From: Candidatus Latescibacterota bacterium
Lineage (GTDB): Bacteria > Latescibacterota > UBA2968 > UBA8231
NCBI GenBank assembly: GCA_963422735.1
Contig: OY730476.1
Span: 2,272,001-2,336,000 of the forward strand
Direction of reading: 5' to 3'
Length of the DNA: 64,000 nt
The notes below the pieces were generated by a model, which worked only from the letters and a program-made list of their open reading frames with translations, was not told the DNA's origin and did no database searches. This document shows positions 38,319-48,019 of this stretch, piece by piece (position 1 is the stretch's first letter; each line of letters begins with the position of its first letter). Both the position numbers and the translations under genes were made by a program.

Positions 38319-40532
38319 TCAACCCCCGAAAATTTGTTCGATCTGGGCTTCCATTTCCCGGCGCCCCACCTTTTCCATGCGGTAGGCGCGTTGGCTGCGG
38401 CTAAAGGCCGCGAATTGGGCGTCCGCGTCGGCTTGGCGTCCGGTGCGTTGGTAGAGGTGCCCGAGGAACAGATGGGCTTGATAGTCGCGGGGAGCGATCT
38501 GGAGCAAATGCTCAAACAGGGGCACGGCCTCTGCATAGCGCCCTTGGCGGGCGTAGAGCATACCCAAGCTCCAATGGGGATGCGCGGCCTTGGGGTCAAG
38601 CGCAATAGCGCGGCGCAAGAGTTTTTCGGCCTCCTCTAGCTGGCCCGTTTGCCCGAGAGCCATGCCCGTTCCTTGTCCGAGTTGGATGAGCAGGTCGGCA
38701 AGGCGGGTCGGGTACTCGGGGGTGTGCGGCTCGCGCCGCACGAGCTGCTCAAACTCGGCGATGGCCTCGCGGTTTTGCCCCTGCTCCGCGTACAGGCGGG
38801 CCAGTTGATAGCGCACGAGCGTCGAGTCTGGGTTCAGTTTGAGCGTACGGCTATAAGATTGGGCAGCGCGCTGGGGTTGGCCTGTTATCAAGAGGGCGTA
38901 GCCGAGGCCGCCGTGCGCGGCCGCCCAGTTGGGACGCGCCGCTGTGACCTCGGAGTACGCGGCCGCGGCCTCGTCGTAGCGCCGAGCGAGTAGCGCGGTG
39001 TGGCCAAGGAGAAAGCGCACGTTCGCGTCGTTGGGCTGCGTTTTAAGGTAGTGCCTATAGAGGTCAATAGCCTTGCCGTAGCGCTTGGCCTCGCCGTGGA
39101 GCGCGGCGAGCGCGAGGAGTGGCTCGGCGAAGTTGGGGTCGCGGGCAATGGCGCGGCGGTAGTGGCGGGCGGCGTGGGCCGGCATGTCCCGTTCCTCGTA
39201 GGCGTAGCCGAGATAGTAATGCTCGTGGGCATTGCCTTCTTGGTCCATCGCGCCCGTGGCCGCATTGCAAAAGACTAGGAGGGCGGCAAAGGCGGAGAGA
39301 GCGGGCCAAGGCCGGTGCCACAGGGTACACACCCCACAAGCCGCAAACAGCAGCAGCACCGGGACAGCCGGCAGGCGATAGCGCCCGGTAACAAAAAACA
39401 GGACTACGGAAAGCGCGTAGCAAGCCACAAAGAGCGCGAGCAAGCGCCCCTCGGGATGCCCGGAGGAACGCAGAAAGGCAAAAAGCCCCACTAGGGCCAG
39501 CGGGGTGACCAAGCCGAAGGGAAACGCCAGCCCCTTTTTCCACAGCAGGATCGACAAGAGCGAAGAGTCGTTGCGGGCGAAGTAGAGGTCGCGGTTGCGC
39601 GGGATTTCGTCGCCGCGCAGGAACAGGTAGCCCTTGTAGGCCAACAAGCCCAAAAAATCGAGCGGCTCGGAAGTTATGTATTGCCAAGATTGGGCAAAGA
39701 AATAGCGCGACTTGGCCGAAGGCTGCTCAATGCCGGCGCGGCGCTCGGGCATTTCCACCAGCTCGGCCCAAGCCCGTCCCGGGCGAATGCGGGTCGTTTG
39801 CGCGTAGTCGGCGTTGTTGCCGATGTAAAAGTTGATGCCCGCGTTGTGCGAGATGAGCACTAGATCGCCGCCGACCGCCCAGTTGCGATACGCGACCGGC
39901 GCAATGACTAGCGCACAGCCCAAAAGCAGGAGAGCCGGCGGGCGGAGCCGCCGCTGCCGCCAGTAGAGATAGCCCAACAGCACGGGCGCGAAGAGCAGCA
40001 CATTGGCCACGGCAAGTGCGGACAGGCCCAGTAGCAAGCCGGCTGCCAACGCACGCGCCCAGCCGCCCGCGCCGCCCGCGAGCAACAGCACGAGCAAGTT
40101 GAGGCAACAAGCCAGCAGGGTTGGCAGCAACTCGCCGCCAAAGTAGATGAGGGGACCGTACAACGCCGCGGCAAAACCCGCGCCTAGGCCGACTCCCGTG
40201 CCAAAGACCCGGTGTCCCAATAGGCAGATGAGGACGCAGACGAACGCGCCGATGACGGCTTGGATGAGTCGCAGCAGGTAGAGGTCGTCCCCGGCGAGGG
40301 CAAAGAGGACGCCGATGAGCACGGGGTAGAGCGGCGGTTGCCAGAAGGGCGCGGGCTGACCCGCAAAGGAGACGTCGCTTAGGTAGCGCGCTTCCTCGGT
40401 ATAGGTGCGGGCATCGACGACGGGGGCGGTGAAAAGCGGGCTATCGCGTATTTCGTGGAGGTAGTAAAGGCGCGCTGAGAGAGCGAGCGCGAAGACGGCC
40501 ACAACCCCCATGAACATCCAGCGTCTAGCCAT
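38319..40532 (-). CDS. GT-C (PMT/ArnT-like) membrane glycosyltransferase fused to C-terminal TPRs
   Basis: D..TY...A, FWQPPLYP, many TM helices, NFYIGNN, RYRLP, followed by about 8 TPRs. Confidence 0.8.
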   Translation of the reverse strand: MARRWMFMGVVAVFALALSARLYYLHEIRDSPLFTAPVVDARTYTEEARYLSDVSFAGQPAPFWQPPLYPVLIGVLFALAGDDLYLLRLIQAVIGAFVCVLICLLGHRVFGTGVGLGAGFAAALYGPLIYFGGELLPTLLACCLNLLVLLLAGGAGGWARALAAGLLLGLSALAVANVLLFAPVLLGYLYWRQRRLRPPALLLLGCALVIAPVAYRNWAVGGDLVLISHNAGINFYIGNNADYAQTTRIRPGRAWAELVEMPERRAGIEQPSAKSRYFFAQSWQYITSEPLDFLGLLAYKGYLFLRGDEIPRNRDLYFARNDSSLLSILLWKKGLAFPFGLVTPLALVGLFAFLRSSGHPEGRLLALFVACYALSVVLFFVTGRYRLPAVPVLLLFAACGVCTLWHRPWPALSAFAALLVFCNAATGAMDQEGNAHEHYYLGYAYEERDMPAHAARHYRRAIARDPNFAEPLLALAALHGEAKRYGKAIDLYRHYLKTQPNDANVRFLLGHTALLARRYDEAAAAYSEVTAARPNWAAAHGGLGYALLITGQPQRAAQSYSRTLKLNPDSTLVRYQLARLYAEQGQNREAIAEFEQLVRREPHTPEYPTRLADLLIQLGQGTGMALGQTGQLEEAEKLLRRAIALDPKAAHPHWSLGMLYARQGRYAEAVPLFEHLLQIAPRDYQAHLFLGHLYQRTGRQADADAQFAAFSRSQRAYRMEKVGRREMEAQIEQIFGG

Positions 40533-40633
40533 ATAGCAATCCTACATCATTCATAAGATGATCCGCAGATGGACTCAGACAGACGCAGAATAGTAGGAAC
40601 AAGACGATCTACCGCTGCCGGATTGCTATATCA

Positions 40634-43294
40634 CTACAAGCCCGCGTAGATAGAAATAAAGATCTGGTTAATAATCACGGCGTCCTCGCCTCGGGGCTGG
40701 CGGCGGTCGATTTTCATGCCCGCATGAGTCGTGACCTTGTAGCCGAGATAATCGGAGATATTGGCCAACTGCAAGGCCCAGACTAGGCCGTTGAAGTCGT
40801 TGGAATCGCGCTTCATGTCGTTGAGGAAGGTCATCTCCAGCCCGCTGAGCAGGGTCGTGTGGCTGAGCAGGGGAAAGCCGAGGACGAAGCCGCCAATCTC
40901 GGCCAGCTCGGTGCGCTCGTCGGCCGAAATTAGGTCGCGGCTCTGGCGGCGATACTCGCTCTTCCAGCGCGGCTCCATCCACAGGTGCCCAAAGTCGAAG
41001 CGGTAGCTGATTTTGTTGATTAAGCCCAAGAAAAAGTCGCGCTCGCGCAGGCCCAACAGCGCGCGCTCATTGGTGCTGAGCCGCTGGTAATACAGGTCGT
41101 ATTTGAGGTAATTGGCCGTCAGCAGGCCGCGTAGCTCGTAGTCGTGGCCGATCCACAGGCTGTTGATCCAAGCGTCGCGAGCAATGAGGGGATCCTCGAC
41201 TTTGGTCGGTTCGCCGGTGCGGATATTGGCGTTGGGCAGCCACTGCAAGAGGTCGTCGGGAATGTCGTCGGTGGTGGATTTGAGCATCTCAAAGACGCGG
41301 AAGCGACCCCAAGCAGGAGTGTGGTGGTCGAGAGTCAGCAGAGCGTAGTTGGAGTGGTTTTTCTGGTTGGAAGAAATGAGGCCCTCGCGCAAGACGCCGA
41401 CCATCAGCCGCACCTCCGGGGTGAGGTGGATGCCGCCGTAGGCATTGTACCCGCGGTGATCTTTCTTGTAGGGGTAGTCTGGCAGTTCGTCGTTTTCAAA
41501 GCGATCGACCCACAGGTTGTTATTCAGGTCGATGCCGAAGAGGAATTCGGGCCGATCGACGTTGTGGCGCAGGAACGGCTCCTCGTAGTCCGGGATGAGG
41601 TTGCTCAAGAAGCGGTTGTCGTTCTGGTTGAAATCCGAGATGAAGTCGTTGTTCTCGTCCCAGCCGGGGAAGACGCTCGGGTCGCCGATCTGCCAATCCT
41701 TGCGCACAGTATCGGGAAATTCGTCTTGGTCGTCGTTGTCCTCAACCAACTCGACGACGTGGATGCGTTCGTCCTCGTAGTCGATAAAGCCATCGCCTTG
41801 GGCGGTGAACGTGCGGGTGGAGTAGCGAGGATCCATGCTATATGCCTCGCCGAAGAAGAAAAAGGGAAACGCGACCCGCGAGAGGTTCATCATCCACGCA
41901 GCGGCGGCGCGGTCGCCGCGGATACCCGAGAAGGTGGTGTGGGTCTTGGCGACCACATTGGGATACTTGGTGTAGTTGTAGCTGAGGTCGTACTCGCCGT
42001 AGAAGTCGAAGCCGAGGACTTTTTGCAACTCTAATGTTCCTCCCCAGATCTGGGTGGAGGTCGGCAGGCCGTAATCGAAGCTGACGATCTGCAAATTGGT
42101 GTTGTCTTGGACGTTGCCCTCGGCTTGGGAGACGAGCAAGAGCACGGACTCACCACTGGCGTTAAGCTGATTGTTGGAGGTGACCCACACCTGATAGTCG
42201 TTGCCCAACACGAGGCGGAACTCGATCTTTTTAATCTCTTCTTTGGTGCCCGAGGCGCGGTTGACAAAGGCCGGGCTGTCAAAGTCGTAGCGCAGGCGGA
42301 TTTCCTCGACGCCGTTGGCCGAAAGGAAGCCCTCTCCCACGAGGCCGCCCTCGATGATCGGCTCAAAGCGAATGGCTTTGCCGTTGTCTTGGGTTCCGTC
42401 GAGATAGGTGATGACGATGTCCGAACCGGCGCTGAAGAAGGCCGCGCCGCCGACGCCGTCCTCCGGGCTGTCGTCGCGCAAGACGATCTCAATGATCGAG
42501 ACGGTCTGGTTCTGATCGACCGATAGCTCGCCGGTGAAGGGATTGCCGGTAAAGCCGTCGATGAGGGTGTTGGACTGATGGGCGTTGACCATGGTCAGCC
42601 CTATGGTGGCGAAGTCGCCCACCTGCGCGGTGGTGCGGCTGCCGAACATGGATGTGGCGTTGGTAACTAAGCTCTCTTGATCGTTGGTTGACGTGCCGCC
42701 GGGTCGGCTGATGCGCGAGTAGATCAGGCTGCCTTGATATTTGTCGGCGGCGTAGTCGAATTGGATGCCGTCCCAGCGCGGCTTGGAGAAGGTCATCGGC
42801 GTCAGGGTCGAGCGGATCTTGGTTCCGGCCGTCAGGGCATAGTGGTGCTGGCCCTTGGAGTCGGCCGAGATGACCAAGCCGCTAAACCAACCCTCGAAAT
42901 TTCTGGACTTCAGCACGGAAGAGCCAAACTGCCGGGGCTGGGTCTGCGCGTTGTTGAAAACCAACCAACCCCGGGTGATGAGGTTGCCGTAGAGGTCGTA
43001 GTAGTAATCGCCCTCGCGGATGGCGCTGACGTAGCGCTGGTAGTGATCGCGGGCGTAGTTGGAGTATTCCCACTGTCGCCACTGGTACTCGTTAAAAAGC
43101 TCCTGTGGCACATACCACCTGCGCTTGGCCGGGTCGAGGGCACCGAACAGGACGCCGGGCCCCTGTGGCTCAAAGGAAACCACCCCGCCTCTTTTGACCG
43201 TGCCGATGCGAGGGCCATAAGACTGGGCCTCAGCAGCAGTGCTGCCTAGCCACAGAATGGCTATTGCCGTCCAGAATATCCATCTCCGGTTCAC
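40634..43294 (-). CDS. Family B large exported / putative outer-membrane protein
   Basis: RBS AAGGAGG + GTG 43294; signal peptide; IRSTLTPMTF, DDSPED, YGLPT, VEDNDDQDEFPD, FPGWDENND, PDYPYKKDHRG; ends IYAGL. Confidence 0.85.
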   Translation of the reverse strand: MNRRWIFWTAIAILWLGSTAAEAQSYGPRIGTVKRGGVVSFEPQGPGVLFGALDPAKRRWYVPQELFNEYQWRQWEYSNYARDHYQRYVSAIREGDYYYDLYGNLITRGWLVFNNAQTQPRQFGSSVLKSRNFEGWFSGLVISADSKGQHHYALTAGTKIRSTLTPMTFSKPRWDGIQFDYAADKYQGSLIYSRISRPGGTSTNDQESLVTNATSMFGSRTTAQVGDFATIGLTMVNAHQSNTLIDGFTGNPFTGELSVDQNQTVSIIEIVLRDDSPEDGVGGAAFFSAGSDIVITYLDGTQDNGKAIRFEPIIEGGLVGEGFLSANGVEEIRLRYDFDSPAFVNRASGTKEEIKKIEFRLVLGNDYQVWVTSNNQLNASGESVLLLVSQAEGNVQDNTNLQIVSFDYGLPTSTQIWGGTLELQKVLGFDFYGEYDLSYNYTKYPNVVAKTHTTFSGIRGDRAAAAWMMNLSRVAFPFFFFGEAYSMDPRYSTRTFTAQGDGFIDYEDERIHVVELVEDNDDQDEFPDTVRKDWQIGDPSVFPGWDENNDFISDFNQNDNRFLSNLIPDYEEPFLRHNVDRPEFLFGIDLNNNLWVDRFENDELPDYPYKKDHRGYNAYGGIHLTPEVRLMVGVLREGLISSNQKNHSNYALLTLDHHTPAWGRFRVFEMLKSTTDDIPDDLLQWLPNANIRTGEPTKVEDPLIARDAWINSLWIGHDYELRGLLTANYLKYDLYYQRLSTNERALLGLRERDFFLGLINKISYRFDFGHLWMEPRWKSEYRRQSRDLISADERTELAEIGGFVLGFPLLSHTTLLSGLEMTFLNDMKRDSNDFNGLVWALQLANISDYLGYKVTTHAGMKIDRRQPRGEDAVIINQIFISIYAGL

Positions 43295-43614
43295 CTGCAG
43301 TCCCTCCTTAGTGGATGCACATGGTGCGTCAATGATAATCGGCTCTGTGCGTTCCAGCAATAACTGACTAATGGTGCTAGTGATTTACAAGCTGAATTCA
43401 GCGGTGGTCAACTTGACAATCCTCGGTCGCTGAGGAGGATCAACTGCTCTCCCCATCGGCGAGTCATCGGGTGAAAGACCGTATCGTGGACATGGGGACG
43501 CTCCTAAGTTTAGAGCCTATACGGAAATCATCCTAAACGGTCGGCAATTCGAAAAATGATAAGAACAGAAGCTAACTGTTAATGCTTGGTAATGGGGAAA
43601 GCGAGACAGGTTTA

Positions 43615-43900
43615 GGCACTCGAACAGGCGGCCCTGCTGAGCGGGGCTAGCTTACCTGCGGGCCGACAGCTTAGTGGCCGCTGCTGCCGCTTTTAGAAGT
43701 GCGGCCCGGCGCACGCCTTGGGATCAATCTGGCCCAGTTGTACGCAAGCAAGGGACAGCATGAACAAGCCGTCAAAGAGCAGGCGCTGTTTGAGCGTTTA
43801 AGTCTGGTGCAGAATCGGGTGGATCTCTATGAGAAAAAGGTCGGCGGCTGGCAGGACAGCACTAGAGGAAGGCTACACTTGGGGACGCTGCAAAGTTCTT
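43615..43900 (+). pseudogene. TPR gene fragment
   Basis: GLAYLRAD...; INLAQLYASKGQHEQAVKEQALFERL resembles the middle of TPR protein 3027..4418; no proper start. Confidence 0.45.
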
Positions 43901-44005
43901 GCGACTCTACCGCTTTCCACAATGCAGCGGCCGTGGCACGTGCATTCAGATGGTATGGGCTTCTGTGGGTGTTTGCAGAGGAGCTGTTCGCGATCCGATT
44001 CCAAA

Positions 44006-44422
44006 CTATTTTTTTCGAAGGTCTTCCGTAGCCAACGGTATTTTTTCAATCCCCACGCGCTTGGCCACCTCTAAGAGATCCAGTAGGTACTTATGCGGGG
44101 TCTCCCGATCGGTCCGCACTACCAGCGTCAGACTCCGGGTGCCTTCTTTTTCTCGCAAAAGGACCTGCTCCAGATTGTCCAATGTCACGAGCTGGCGGTT
44201 GATCTCCATGCGGCCGTCCTGTGTGATCGTCGCCACCAGTTTCTTCTCTTCGATAATCTGCGCCTGTTGCGCTTCGGGTAATGCGACTTGGAGGCTGTAG
44301 GGTTGCTTAAACACCGTGGTTACCATAAAGAAGATCAGCAGCAAAAAGACGCAGTCGATCAACGGCGTCATATTCAATTCTTGTTCTTCGTACAGAGATT
44401 TGCGCCTAGGCATCGGACTCAT
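44006..44422 (-). CDS. exbD: Biopolymer transporter ExbD/TolR
   Basis: LNMTPLIDCVFLLLIFFMVTT motif. Confidence 0.92.
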   Translation of the reverse strand: MSPMPRRKSLYEEQELNMTPLIDCVFLLLIFFMVTTVFKQPYSLQVALPEAQQAQIIEEKKLVATITQDGRMEINRQLVTLDNLEQVLLREKEGTRSLTLVVRTDRETPHKYLLDLLEVAKRVGIEKIPLATEDLRKK

Positions 44423-44835
44423 TCCTCCTGTTCCCGCACAAAAGCGATGCCCTCAACCCCGACTTCTTTGGCTTCATCCACCACAAACACTACGTGTTTC
44501 TGGGCGCACTCGCCGTCTGCCTGAATGATGATATTCTCATTGTTGGCCTCTTCCATGGCCGTGACCAGCCGAGCCGCCAATACCGCCGGTGCCACGTCCT
44601 CACCCTTGATTTGAATCTCGCCATCGCGGTCCAGCAAGACGTTGATATCTTTCTTCTTTTTTTCCGTCGCTTCGCTTTCGGCCGGCATGTCCACTTCCAG
44701 CCCTTTGGTGTGTAGAAACACCGTGGTTACCATGAAGAAGATTAGCAGCAAAAAGACGCAGTCAATCAGCGGAGTCATGTCCGGGCCGCCTTCTGCGAGA
44801 AAGCTCTCGGACCGATGTTTTCGGTGTCTGGCCAT
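44419..44835 (-). CDS. exbD: Biopolymer transporter ExbD/TolR
   Basis: DMTPLIDCVFLLLIFFMVTT motif; IIIQAD. Confidence 0.92.
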   Translation of the reverse strand: MARHRKHRSESFLAEGGPDMTPLIDCVFLLLIFFMVTTVFLHTKGLEVDMPAESEATEKKKKDINVLLDRDGEIQIKGEDVAPAVLAARLVTAMEEANNENIIIQADGECAQKHVVFVVDEAKEVGVEGIAFVREQEE

Positions 44836-44859
44836 GGGGTTAACTCCTCCCAGCAGGAG

Positions 44860-45606
44860 CTAGTCTGTCGTGCCGTATTGTTGGCGCTGTCCCGCAGTGA
44901 TCAGAGCATTGGCAAAGGCATGCCCGTACATCTCGGCTTCTTCCAGTAAATGGTCTGCTTTGCGTGCCAGATAGCGGTACAATACAATCGTTGGGATGGC
45001 GACGATCAACCCCGAAGCGGTAGTGACCAACGCTTGGGAAATACCGCCAGCAACCACTTTCGGATCCCCTGCACCAGCTATGGCGATAGACTCAAAGGCG
45101 ATGATCATCCCCATAATGGTGCCAAGCAAGCCTAACAAAGGGCTTATATTGCCGATGGTATTCAAAATCGCCAGATTTTTGCCCAGATAGGCCCGGGCGG
45201 CTCCCTCCGTCTGCATGATCAGCTCTTCTTTGAGATCGGCCAGTTCCCGTTGCATCACCATAAACCGGCCCACTTGGCCCCCGCCGCTGGCGTCCGCTAG
45301 ACGAATGATCTCCTCGTTTGTCTCTTTGAATTCCCGCTGTTCGATCATCAGCGTATCGTATCGTTTCAACAGCGAAGCAAATACATAATTGAGCAGGCCC
45401 TTGCCTTGGTTGCACTCTTCCACGACCGCCTGTTCCCCGCCGTTGTGCAGCGCGTTTTCGAGCCGGTCTAGCTCACTTTGGGCTTCTTCCGGCGTGGGTA
45501 ATTGCTTGAAGATCCACAGGCGTTCAATCGAATAGGCAATGGCCAGAATAGCACAGCCGATTAGGGGCACCATCATCGGTCCGCCACTTTGAATTATTTC
45601 CCACAT
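44860..45606 (-). CDS. exbB: MotA/TolQ/ExbB proton channel family protein
   Basis: GG..M.PL, SPLLGLLGTIMGMI.AF, GGISQALVTTASGLIVAIP. Confidence 0.92.
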   Translation of the reverse strand: MWEIIQSGGPMMVPLIGCAILAIAYSIERLWIFKQLPTPEEAQSELDRLENALHNGGEQAVVEECNQGKGLLNYVFASLLKRYDTLMIEQREFKETNEEIIRLADASGGGQVGRFMVMQRELADLKEELIMQTEGAARAYLGKNLAILNTIGNISPLLGLLGTIMGMIIAFESIAIAGAGDPKVVAGGISQALVTTASGLIVAIPTIVLYRYLARKADHLLEEAEMYGHAFANALITAGQRQQYGTTD

Positions 45607-45637
45607 GCTACTGCTCCTTGTTGGCGAGAGAAGAGGT

Positions 45638-46558
45638 CTAGTCGTCTTCTTTGGCGTTTCTAGATAACCGCTGTCCTATGCGCAAACCGGTATCGATGAC
45701 ACCGAATCTCTCAACGACCTCGGCCTTGCACAAGTGCGGCCCGATAATCTGATACACCCTGACTAGAGCGATTCGAACTTCTTTATCATATAGCGGCAGG
45801 ACATCGCCGTACTCGACGCGATCCAAGACACCGATGCCCAGATATACTTCGTCGGCCTCGACCGCTAGGACTTGGGCCTGCTCGCCGGAAAGGTCGATGG
45901 GGGGGCGCTCCGTCAGACTCGTAATCATTTGGCTGCTGAGGTCTCTGAAAGCGACATCAACGAGTTTGCCAAAGGCCAATTCAAAAAAACGCTCGGAACC
46001 GAAGTCAACCTTGAAGAGTTCGCGGAATTCCCGATCCTGTTTGCGCGGCCGTCCGAACAGATCCAAGCCGAACGGCTTTTCCGTGGAGTCTCTGAGCGTT
46101 TCAAAGGTCTCGACTATTTCTCCGGTCGCTACTCTGATTAGCTGCACTTGGCTGAGGTGGATCACTGAATTGTAGGATTTATAGCCGATCAGATTGGGGT
46201 TTCCCACTGTCGTACGACGCATGCCCAATTTCTCCACGACGCCGGTAATGACCACATCGGCATCCAAGAACTGCCCCAGCCGCACGGCCCAGTCAATGCC
46301 CTGGTATTTTTCGAACTGTTTGTTCAGTTGAACGGCCTTGACCTCTTTTGTAGGAATGACAAAGACCGCATCGTCTGCGTCCAGATATCGACCTAGCAAA
46401 TCGGGCACATCCCTAGACAAGTACCATTTCCCCTGAAAACCGGCTCGGTCCTCAAAATCGAGCAGGGCAAGGCGCAGGGTCGGCAGCGGCCCCTCGGTCG
46501 CGACCGCCATGTCGGCACCTGCCCAGGTGCAAAAGAATAAAATGGTTAGCGAACGCAA
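45638..46558 (-). CDS. CsgG/FlgT-like exported protein
   Basis: LALLDFED...G, LGQFLDADVVITG, LIRVATGEIV (CsgG/TolB-N-like); C-terminal VYLGIG....V..GD FlgT_C-like. Confidence 0.65.
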   Translation of the reverse strand: MRSLTILFFCTWAGADMAVATEGPLPTLRLALLDFEDRAGFQGKWYLSRDVPDLLGRYLDADDAVFVIPTKEVKAVQLNKQFEKYQGIDWAVRLGQFLDADVVITGVVEKLGMRRTTVGNPNLIGYKSYNSVIHLSQVQLIRVATGEIVETFETLRDSTEKPFGLDLFGRPRKQDREFRELFKVDFGSERFFELAFGKLVDVAFRDLSSQMITSLTERPPIDLSGEQAQVLAVEADEVYLGIGVLDRVEYGDVLPLYDKEVRIALVRVYQIIGPHLCKAEVVERFGVIDTGLRIGQRLSRNAKEDD

Positions 46559-46566
46559 TGGGCCGC

Positions 46567-47306
46567 CTACCTGTCCGCTGCCTCCGCTTGCCGCACTTCC
46601 TCGATTGCGATCTTTTGCTCGAACTCGAGGGCGATATCCACGGTTTCCAGCGGCTGCCCGGAGGTGTCGAATTTCAGGACAAAATTTTTGAGCACCAGGC
46701 GGACCTGGCGCACTTTCTCGTTCAGTGGCTCGAAGGCGATGATCCCCGAAAATTTCTCTCCTTTGAACACTTTTTGGTTTTCCATGTAGGCCGTACTACG
46801 CGCATTGCCCATGCACAGGTCAATGCGATAAAACTTGTTGCCGCTCTGCCCCCGAATGGCCCGGTAGTAGCACTCAAAACTTTTGTACGGCGAAAAAGAC
46901 GGCAGACCATAGGAATGGACCTCGCCCTGACCGGTATAGAGCAACGCTTTGATCGGATCGAGCAGGACTTTGGCGTAGATATCGTTGATAACCGTAACGC
47001 GAAAAACCGTAAGACGCTTGGGTCTGTAACTCAACAGCGGATCAATCCAATTGCCGTAGGTGTACTCCCCTTTGCGCGAATCCTCGGGCAACAGTGCATT
47101 CAGTTGATCGTCCGTCATAGGTTCGACCTTGACGCGCAGTCCTCTATGGCATACGCGACCGACCCGTCTTCACCCACGATATACTGTTCCTTCCCGCCTT
47201 GGGAAGTACGGGGTATCAGCTCATTTTTGTACAGAATAGTCGGCGGAATGAGAAAACTACAGCCGGACGCGAATGACATTAGGATAATTCCCAAGTGCAT
47301 GGCCAT
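46567..47306 (-). pseudogene. Family C lipoprotein, frameshifted near 47140
   Basis: MAMHLGIILMSFASGC...EDGSVAYAIE joins LRVKVEPMTDDQLN...YTYGNW...TVFRVTV.N..YAKVLLDP only after adding one base; paralog of 16452..17198. Confidence 0.7.
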
Positions 47307-47314
47307 TACCTCTC

Positions 47315-48016
47315 TTATTGGCCCCGCTGGCTGAAGAAATCGATTTGCTGCTGGGCAATACATCCTTCCTGCGTCAGGGCAAAAATAACGGCGCTGATGC
47401 CAAATCGCAGCTGTGGCTCATTGCCGTAATTGCCTACCCAAGTATGGACATATCCCTCGTCGGAGTACATGGCTACTATGCGATCGCCTAGGAAAACCCC
47501 CTCTAGGTAATACGATTGCTCGGCGATGACTAAGTGATCAAGGCTACGCTGTTCGGAAAAGGTGGGAATCTCCAGTTCAGAACCGGCCGGCGGGCCGTCA
47601 AAATCGTAAAAGGTATGGTAGATCGGATGGTTGTTGGAAGTGGGCCGCAATTGGCCTTGCGCCCCCAAGGCACCGCGAAAGGTGCATCGCAAAGATGCTT
47701 CTCCCTGACTGAATTCTGTGGTGGGATTGGCATTATCGGCTAAGATGAACCCGCCTTGCCGCAAGTATTCTCCCAGGTTCTCTAGTTCGCGTTCCGTCAG
47801 TTCAAAAGCCTCAGTAGAGGTGATGTACACAAAAGGTGTGCGAAACAGTTCTTGGGAATCGAGAAATAAATGCACATCTACTCTGGCCGAGATGCCCGTC
47901 TGTTCATTGAGGGCGTCGACTAGATTGGGGATGGCCTTAGCGGTGCTGTCAAACGTTGGCTCCAGGTCATTTGCCCAGGCCGTGCCCAGATAGACGAGTA
48001 AGGACATATTTGTCAT
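47315..48016 (-). CDS. DUF4159 domain protein (possibly N-terminally truncated)
   Basis: PFVYIT...FELT..E.ENLGEYLRQGGF..ADN, HPIYHTFYDF, LEGVFLGDR, N/S..IFALTQ. Confidence 0.75.
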   Translation of the reverse strand: MTNMSLLVYLGTAWANDLEPTFDSTAKAIPNLVDALNEQTGISARVDVHLFLDSQELFRTPFVYITSTEAFELTERELENLGEYLRQGGFILADNANPTTEFSQGEASLRCTFRGALGAQGQLRPTSNNHPIYHTFYDFDGPPAGSELEIPTFSEQRSLDHLVIAEQSYYLEGVFLGDRIVAMYSDEGYVHTWVGNYGNEPQLRFGISAVIFALTQEGCIAQQQIDFFSQRGQ

Positions 48017-48019
48017 GAG

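Noticed and set aside
43511-43615. Possible IS5-like end or MITE (tagagcctatacggaa...)
   Set aside because: No convincing matching inverted repeat or transposase relic.
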